Shown one piece after another: positions 58,602 to 64,000 of a stretch of 64,000 nucleotides of DNA. The position numbers and the translations under genes were made by a program. This stretch comes from Rhabdothermincola salaria (GTDB lineage: Bacteria > Actinomycetota > Acidimicrobiia > Acidimicrobiales > Acidimicrobilacustridaceae): NCBI RefSeq assembly GCF_021246445.1, contig NZ_JAJQXW010000001.1, forward strand, positions 310,001-374,000, written 5' to 3'. The first letter of the stretch is position 1; each line of letters starts with the position of its first letter. Below the pieces are notes generated by a model. The model was not told the DNA's origin. It saw only the letters and a list, made by a program, of their open reading frames with translations, and searched no databases.

Positions 58602-60398
58602 TCAGCCTAGGACGCCGGACGCGGCCGTGGAGCGAGCGGCGGCACTGCTGCCGTTGCCGTTGCCGTTGGCCCGCAGGAGGCTGCAGCGGACGCGAGTGCC
58701 CTTGCCCTCCTCGCTGGCCACCTCGAGGGTGGCGCCGATGCTGGAGGCCCGCTCCCGCATGCCCATGAGGCCGTAGGAGTCGAGCCGTCCCGCCTTGCCG
58801 ATGGGGAAGCCCTTGCCGTCGTCGGTGACCTCGAGGGCGGCCGCCTCGCCGTTGCAACGCCACAGCACCCGCACCCGGGATGCGCCGGAGTGGCGCTCGA
58901 CGTTGGTGAGCGCCTCCTGGGCGATGCGCCACATCTCGCGCTCCTGCAGCAGGGGCAGTCGGGCGTCGCGGTCGCAGTGCAGCTCGACGACCAGGTCGCT
59001 GCGCTCGCGCACGCGGGTGGCGTAGGTCTCGAGGGTGTCGGCCATGCCCTGGGTGTCGGTGACGTCGGTGCGCAGGTCGTAGAGGGTGTCGCGCACCTCG
59101 CGGATGACGCCACGCACGTCGTTGCGCAACTGGTCGAGCGACGCCCCCACGTCGGCGCCCTCGGCCTGGGCGGCCACGATGCGGTCGAGCTCGAAGGCCA
59201 GGTAGGCCAACGACTGGCCGATGCGGTCGTGGAGGTCGCGGGCGATGCGGGTGCGCTCTTCGTCGGCGCCGACCGTGCGCAGCCGGTTGAACCAGCGGGC
59301 GTTGTCGATGGCCAGGGCGACCGGCTCCACGAAGCCCCGCAGCAGCTCCACGTCGCGCTCGGTGAAGTGGCCCTCCTGGCCGTCCTCGATGACGAGCAGG
59401 CCGATCACCGAGCCCCGCGCCGCCAGCACGGCGTAGATGCCAGAGGCCGAGCGGGGCGCCAGGCCGGTCCAGCTCGAGCCGTTGAGGCTGGGCACCGACA
59501 GCAGGCTCTTCTCGGCCACCGCCTTCTTGGCCGGGGTGGGGAGGTCGGAGAGCTGGAGGCGGGCGGGGAGGGGCCGTCCTCCTTCGCGGCGCAGCACTTC
59601 CCAGTGGCCGTCGGTGTCGTCGAGGCCCAGGATGGCCAGTGTGTCGAACTCGAAGAGGCCCCGGAGGCGGGTGACCGAGGTCTGCAGCACGTCGTCGAGG
59701 TCGAGCGAGGCGGGAAGGGTCTGGGTGACGCGGTGCAGGCTGTAGAGCAGGGCGTTGGCGTCGGAGAGCTGGCCCAGGCGGTCGAGGGCCAGCTCGTGCT
59801 GGCGGTCGGCCTCACCGGAGATGCGCCGGGCGTAGCCGGAGATGACGCCCACGAGGAGCAGCACGAGCGTCCACTGGGCGGACTGGACGATGCGGTCGTT
59901 GGCCTGGTCCTCGATGAGGAAGGGCAGGCTGACGACGAGCGTGGTGGCGATGGCCACGCGGATGGCGAAGGCGAAGCCCCGGGCGAAGCCGGCGACGGCG
60001 GTGGCGCTCAGCAGCGACAGGATGAAAGGGCTCTCCCAGTACCCGGTGGTGATGACGCACAACGAGAAGAGGACGACCTCGGCCAACACGGCCACCAGGC
60101 TGCGCACGTCGCCCAGGTAGCGGATGGGCCGGAACGTGCGCACGATCGTGTAGGTGAGCAGGACGCTGCACCAGATGGCGGTGCGGGCGGGCGCGGCGTC
60201 GTAGTCCTGGGTGGCGAGGGCGACCGAGGCGATGGCCACCCCCCAGCGGATGGCCAGGATGGCGGGGTTGAACGCCGCGACCCGGTCGACGCGCTGGGTG
60301 AGGCCGATCCCGTCGTCGCGGGTCGAGCCGTCATCGCTCTGGGAGAACTGCCGCACTCGCTGGCGCCAGGTCATGGTGTCCTCGTCGACGCTCACCAC
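58602..60398 (-). CDS. Membrane GAF-domain sensor histidine kinase (HisKA_3)
   Basis: About 6 TM, GAF, EERTRIARDLHD, QEALTNVERH, DDGKGF, GLMGMRERA. Confidence 0.92.
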   Translation of the reverse strand: MVSVDEDTMTWRQRVRQFSQSDDGSTRDDGIGLTQRVDRVAAFNPAILAIRWGVAIASVALATQDYDAAPARTAIWCSVLLTYTIVRTFRPIRYLGDVRSLVAVLAEVVLFSLCVITTGYWESPFILSLLSATAVAGFARGFAFAIRVAIATTLVVSLPFLIEDQANDRIVQSAQWTLVLLLVGVISGYARRISGEADRQHELALDRLGQLSDANALLYSLHRVTQTLPASLDLDDVLQTSVTRLRGLFEFDTLAILGLDDTDGHWEVLRREGGRPLPARLQLSDLPTPAKKAVAEKSLLSVPSLNGSSWTGLAPRSASGIYAVLAARGSVIGLLVIEDGQEGHFTERDVELLRGFVEPVALAIDNARWFNRLRTVGADEERTRIARDLHDRIGQSLAYLAFELDRIVAAQAEGADVGASLDQLRNDVRGVIREVRDTLYDLRTDVTDTQGMADTLETYATRVRERSDLVVELHCDRDARLPLLQEREMWRIAQEALTNVERHSGASRVRVLWRCNGEAAALEVTDDGKGFPIGKAGRLDSYGLMGMRERASSIGATLEVASEEGKGTRVRCSLLRANGNGNGSSAAARSTAASGVLG

Positions 60399-60402
60399 TC
60401 AG

Positions 60403-60429
60403 TTGTCGGTCGCTGGCCGCGAACCTTGA
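60403..60429 (-). promoter_or_regulatory. Sigma-28-like promoter of the two-component operon
   Basis: Minus strand TCAA-N15-ACCGACAA just before the kinase GTG. Confidence 0.5.
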
Positions 60430-60490
60430 ACCTCGAGACGCGTCGAAGCTCCAGGAATCCCGTGCCCGGCGCCGATGGTACCGTCGCCGC

Positions 60491-61111
60491 GTGCTGCGCA
60501 TCGGGCTGACAGGGGGCATCGGATCAGGCAAGTCGACCGTGTCGGCGGGCCTGGCCGAGCGGGGGGCGGTGGTCATCGACGCCGACGCCGTGGTCAAGGA
60601 GCTCCAGGCCCCGGGCCAACCGGTGCTGGCCGCCATGGTCGAGCGCTTCGGCCCCGGCATCCTGCTCGCCGACGGCAGCCTCGACCGCCAGGCCGTGGCC
60701 GACGTGGTCTTCACCGACGCCGAGGCCCTGGCCGACCTCAACGCCATCGTGCACCCGGCGGTGGGAGCCGAGATCATGCGGCGCATCGAGGCCGAGGAGG
60801 GCACCGACCACGTGGTGGTCCTCGACGTGCCCTTGTTGGTGGAGAACGAGGCCTTCGAGGTGGCGGCCGTCGTGGTGGTCGACACCGACCCCGAGATCGC
60901 CGTGCAGCGCCTCGTCGAGCACCGGGGGTTCACCGAGGACGACGCCCGGGCCCGGATCTCGCGCCAGGCGTCGCGCGAGCAGCGCCTGGCCCGAGCGGAC
61001 TTCGTGATCCCCAACGACGGCGATCGGGCCGCACTGGACGCCCACGTCGAGCGCTGCTGGGCGTGGATCCAGGAGCTCCACGCCGGCCAGGCACCCGACG
61101 CGGCGGGCTGA
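60491..61111 (+). CDS. coaE: Dephospho-CoA kinase
   Basis: IGLTGGIGSGKSTV, IDAD, LDR, IVHP, DVPLL. Confidence 0.96.
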   Translation: MLRIGLTGGIGSGKSTVSAGLAERGAVVIDADAVVKELQAPGQPVLAAMVERFGPGILLADGSLDRQAVADVVFTDAEALADLNAIVHPAVGAEIMRRIEAEEGTDHVVVLDVPLLVENEAFEVAAVVVVDTDPEIAVQRLVEHRGFTEDDARARISRQASREQRLARADFVIPNDGDRAALDAHVERCWAWIQELHAGQAPDAAG

Positions 61112-61120
61112 CCGACCAGA

Positions 61121-62521
61121 TCAGAGCCCGAGGCGGCGGCTGAGGTCGCTCTGCAGGCGCCGGTCGGGATCGACCCGGTCGCGCACGGCGCGCCACTCGT
61201 CGAGGCGGGGGTACATGGTGTCGAGCAGGTCGGGGGCCATGCGGGCGTCCTTGGCCAGGTAGATGCGCCCACCGGCGGCCGCCACCTCGCGGTCGAGGCG
61301 GTCGAGCAGCGGGCCCAGGCCGGGCACCCCGGCGGGGATGTCGAGGGCCAAGGTCCAGCCCTCGGTGGGGAACGACAGCGGCCCGGGGTCGCCGGGCCCG
61401 AAGCGCTTGAGCACGGCGAGGAACGAGGTGCAGCGGGCGGCGCTGAGGTCGCCGACGATGCGGCGCAGCACGTCGTCGGTGCCCGGCGGGATGACGAACT
61501 GCCACTGCACGAAGCCGGCGGGGCCGTAGAGGCGGTTCCAGCCGCCGACCATGTCGAGGGGGTGGAAGAAGGCAGGGATGGACTGCAGCTCGTCGCGGCG
61601 GCGAACGGGGGCCTTGCGGAACCACAGCTCGTTGAACGCCTTCACCGAGAGCCGGTTGAGCAGCCCCGAGGGGACGACGGGCGGAGCGGAGGCCAGCACG
61701 CCGGCCCGGTAGTCGAAGGGCCAGGATGCCCCGCCCTCGGTGGCTTCGTCAGCAGTGGCGAAGCGGCCGCGTGTGAGCACGGAGCGACCGAGCGAGCGGC
61801 CCGAGGCCATGAGGTCGATCCAGGCCACGGAGTAGTCGTAGGCGTGGTCACCGGTGGCCATGAGGCCCATGACGGCGTCGAGGTCGGGGGCGCGGTCGGT
61901 GTCGACGAGGAGCTGGCTCGACCCGATGCGGGGGCAGGCGAAGGTGGCGTCGACGATCACGCCGGTGAGCCCCATGCCGCCGGCGGTGGCCCAGAACAGC
62001 TCGGGGTCCCGGTCGGGGCCGATCTCGACCACCTCGCCGTCGGGGAGCTGCAGGCGCATCGACACCACGTGGTCGCACCACGAGCCGGAGTGGTGGTGGT
62101 TCTTGCCGTGGATGTCGGCGGCGATGGCCCCGCCGACGGTCACGTAGCGGGTGCCGGGGGTGACGGGTACGAACAGGCCCTGGGGCACCAAGGCGTGCAG
62201 GAGCCGGTCGATGGACGTGCCGGCCTCGGCGGTGACCAGCACCCGGTCGGCGTCGGGGTCGGCGTCGTGGACCCAGAACCCGTCGACGTCGACGGTGTCG
62301 ACCACCCGCCCGCCGGCGTTCTGGGCGGCGTCGCCGTAGCTGCGACCCAGGCCCCGGGCGATGAGGCCACGCCGGTCGGTGGTGGGCAGCGCCCGGCGCA
62401 GCTCGGTGGTGGAGGTGGGGCGGCGCAGGTCGGCGGCGGAGGGTGCCGTGCGACCCCACCCGGTCAGCTCGGCCGGGTGACGGTGGGCCGGGGCGTTGGG
62501 TTCAGGAGGTGTAGACGGCAC
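61121..62521 (-). CDS. dprE1: DprE1-like FAD oxidase (polyprenyl-P-ribose 2'-oxidase)
   Basis: LTGWGRT, ARGLGRSYGDAAQN, VTPGT.YVTVGGAIAADIHGKNHH, GGMGLTG, GGRIYLAKD; start uncertain. Confidence 0.88.
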   Translation of the reverse strand: MPSTPPEPNAPAHRHPAELTGWGRTAPSAADLRRPTSTTELRRALPTTDRRGLIARGLGRSYGDAAQNAGGRVVDTVDVDGFWVHDADPDADRVLVTAEAGTSIDRLLHALVPQGLFVPVTPGTRYVTVGGAIAADIHGKNHHHSGSWCDHVVSMRLQLPDGEVVEIGPDRDPELFWATAGGMGLTGVIVDATFACPRIGSSQLLVDTDRAPDLDAVMGLMATGDHAYDYSVAWIDLMASGRSLGRSVLTRGRFATADEATEGGASWPFDYRAGVLASAPPVVPSGLLNRLSVKAFNELWFRKAPVRRRDELQSIPAFFHPLDMVGGWNRLYGPAGFVQWQFVIPPGTDDVLRRIVGDLSAARCTSFLAVLKRFGPGDPGPLSFPTEGWTLALDIPAGVPGLGPLLDRLDREVAAAGGRIYLAKDARMAPDLLDTMYPRLDEWRAVRDRVDPDRRLQSDLSRRLGL

Positions 62522-63413
62522 AGCCGTAGATGATGGCCCACACCACGCCGGCACCGAGGACGATCCGGTCCGACAGGATGAGGACCTCCGGTTCGGCGCC
62601 CTTGCCCTGGTCCAGCAGCAGGGCGTAGCGCAGGATGGCCACCGCGAAGGGCACGATCGACACCTGGAACAGCACCGCCCCGTCCGGGTTGGTCTGCCCG
62701 GAGGTGAAGGCCCAGATGCAGTAGGCGATGAGCACCCCGCCGGAGAACACGGCGCGGAGGTAGTGCAGGAAGCTGGGCGTGTAGGCGCCGAGGGCGGGGC
62801 GGACGGCCACGGCGTCGTCGGCCAGGTCGAGGGACTCGCCGTGGCGCTTGCCGGTGACCATGAACAGCGCCCCGAACGAGGTGACGATGAAGAACCACTC
62901 CGAGATGGGCACGCCGACGGCGGCGGCGCCGCCCACGGCGCGCAGCACGAAGCCGGCGGAGATGGCCACGATGTCGAGGACGGGCTGCTCCTTGAGCCAG
63001 TAGGTGTAGGCGGTGGTCAGGCCCAGGTAGGCCACCAGCACCCACCCGAAGTCCGGTTCCAGCAGGAAGCCGCCCACCAGGGCGGCCACCAGCAGCACCG
63101 CCGCCAGCGCGTAGGCCAGTCCGGGGGAGACGACACCGGCGGCGATGGGCCGGTTGCGCTTGGTGGGGTGGAGGCGGTCGGCCTCCACGTCGGTGGCGTC
63201 GTTGACCAGGTAGGTGGCGCTGGCTGCTGCGCAGAAGCAGGCGAAGGCCCCGGCCGTGTGGAGGAGCACCTCGCCCTGGTCGATGACCCCGGCGGCCACC
63301 GGGGCCGCCACCACGAGCACGTTCTTGGCCCACTGCTTGGGGCGCAGGGAGCGGACGATGCCGGCGGCCAGCGACGGGCGCGGCGCGTCCGTGGGGCGGT
63401 CGGCGTGGGTCAT
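62502..63413 (-). CDS. UbiA-family decaprenyl-phosphate phosphoribosyltransferase (DPPR synthase)
   Basis: RPKQWAKN, YLVND..DVEADRLHPTKRNRPIAAG, GFVLRA..G, GKR. Confidence 0.9.
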   Translation of the reverse strand: MTHADRPTDAPRPSLAAGIVRSLRPKQWAKNVLVVAAPVAAGVIDQGEVLLHTAGAFACFCAAASATYLVNDATDVEADRLHPTKRNRPIAAGVVSPGLAYALAAVLLVAALVGGFLLEPDFGWVLVAYLGLTTAYTYWLKEQPVLDIVAISAGFVLRAVGGAAAVGVPISEWFFIVTSFGALFMVTGKRHGESLDLADDAVAVRPALGAYTPSFLHYLRAVFSGGVLIAYCIWAFTSGQTNPDGAVLFQVSIVPFAVAILRYALLLDQGKGAEPEVLILSDRIVLGAGVVWAIIYGCAVYTS

Positions 63414-63414
63414 C

Positions 63415-64000
63415 TCAGCGAGCGCTGACCTTGCGCCACAGGCCTCGGGGGAGGTGGCCGAGCACGAAGAACAGGTAGCGCAGCACCGGTGGGGCCCAGA
63501 TGACCTCTCGGCCCTTGGCCAGACCCTCGACGATGGCCTCGGCCACCTTCTCGGGGGTGGTGGAGAACGGCGCCGGGTCCATGCCCTCGGTCATCTTGGT
63601 GTGCACGAAGCCGGGTCGGACCACCACGGCGCGCGCCCCGGTGCCGATGAGGGCGTCGCCGAGGCCCTGGGTGAAGGCATCGAGGCCGGCCTTGGACGAC
63701 CCGTAGACGTAGTTGTCGCGTCGGGTCCGCACCCCGGCCACCGACGACAGCACCAGCAGGGTGCCGTGGCCCTGGCGACGGAGGCGCTCGGCCACGGCCA
63801 AACCGCTCGAGACGGCGCCGGTGTAGTTCACGGTCACGGCGTCGGCGGCGGCCACGGGGTCGGCGTCGAACGTGGTCTGGTCGCCGAGCACGCCGAAGGC
63901 CGAGATGACCAGGTCCAGGTCGCCGAAGCGGTCGAAGCAGTCGTCGACGACCCCTTGGTGCGACGCCGGATCGGTGGCGTCGAAGGCCACCGTCTCCACC
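63415..64000 (-). CDS. dprE2: DprE2-like SDR reductase (5' part beyond window)
   Basis: FDATD, FGVLGDQ, VNYTG, SSVAG.R.R..NYVYGSSKAG, VRPGFV.TKMT. Confidence 0.85.
   Translation of the reverse strand, partial: VETVAFDATDPASHQGVVDDCFDRFGDLDLVISAFGVLGDQTTFDADPVAAADAVTVNYTGAVSSGLAVAERLRRQGHGTLLVLSSVAGVRTRRDNYVYGSSKAGLDAFTQGLGDALIGTGARAVVVRPGFVHTKMTEGMDPAPFSTTPEKVAEAIVEGLAKGREVIWAPPVLRYLFFVLGHLPRGLWRKVSAR

Overview
Very GC-rich chromosomal window from an actinobacterium. Acidimicrobiia is likely, but this is inferred from gene content and style. Most of it is core housekeeping: classical menaquinone genes (menH, menD, menF, menG), acyl-CoA metabolism, rlmN, a short MshD-like GNAT, nth, a his cluster (hisDCBHAF, hisI), trp genes (trpE, trpC, trpB2, trpF, trpB, trpA), HU, bcp, FAS-II genes, tRNA-Leu(CAA), an ANTAR regulator, polA, rpsA and coaE. 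The main accessory block lies between rpsA and coaE. It is a Tad/Flp pilus locus (cpaB, cpaE, cpaF/tadA, vWA-tadB, tadC, two Flp pilins) with a polytopic GT-C-like membrane protein and a NarL-type two-component system. Three sigma-28/WhiG-like promoters lie in this block. Directly beyond coaE is a polyprenyl-phospho-arabinose (dprE2-ubiA-dprE1) operon. Together these suggest a candidate Flp-pilin arabinosylation system. Non-coding signals include a candidate three-hairpin sRNA upstream of the his cluster, two MIRU/REP-like repeat mosaics carrying frame-conserved micro-ORFs, a MITE-like element supplying both stop codons of menD and menF, a probable CTG start for trpC, and pervasive leaderless promoters. 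All product calls come from motif recognition only; no database searches were run.
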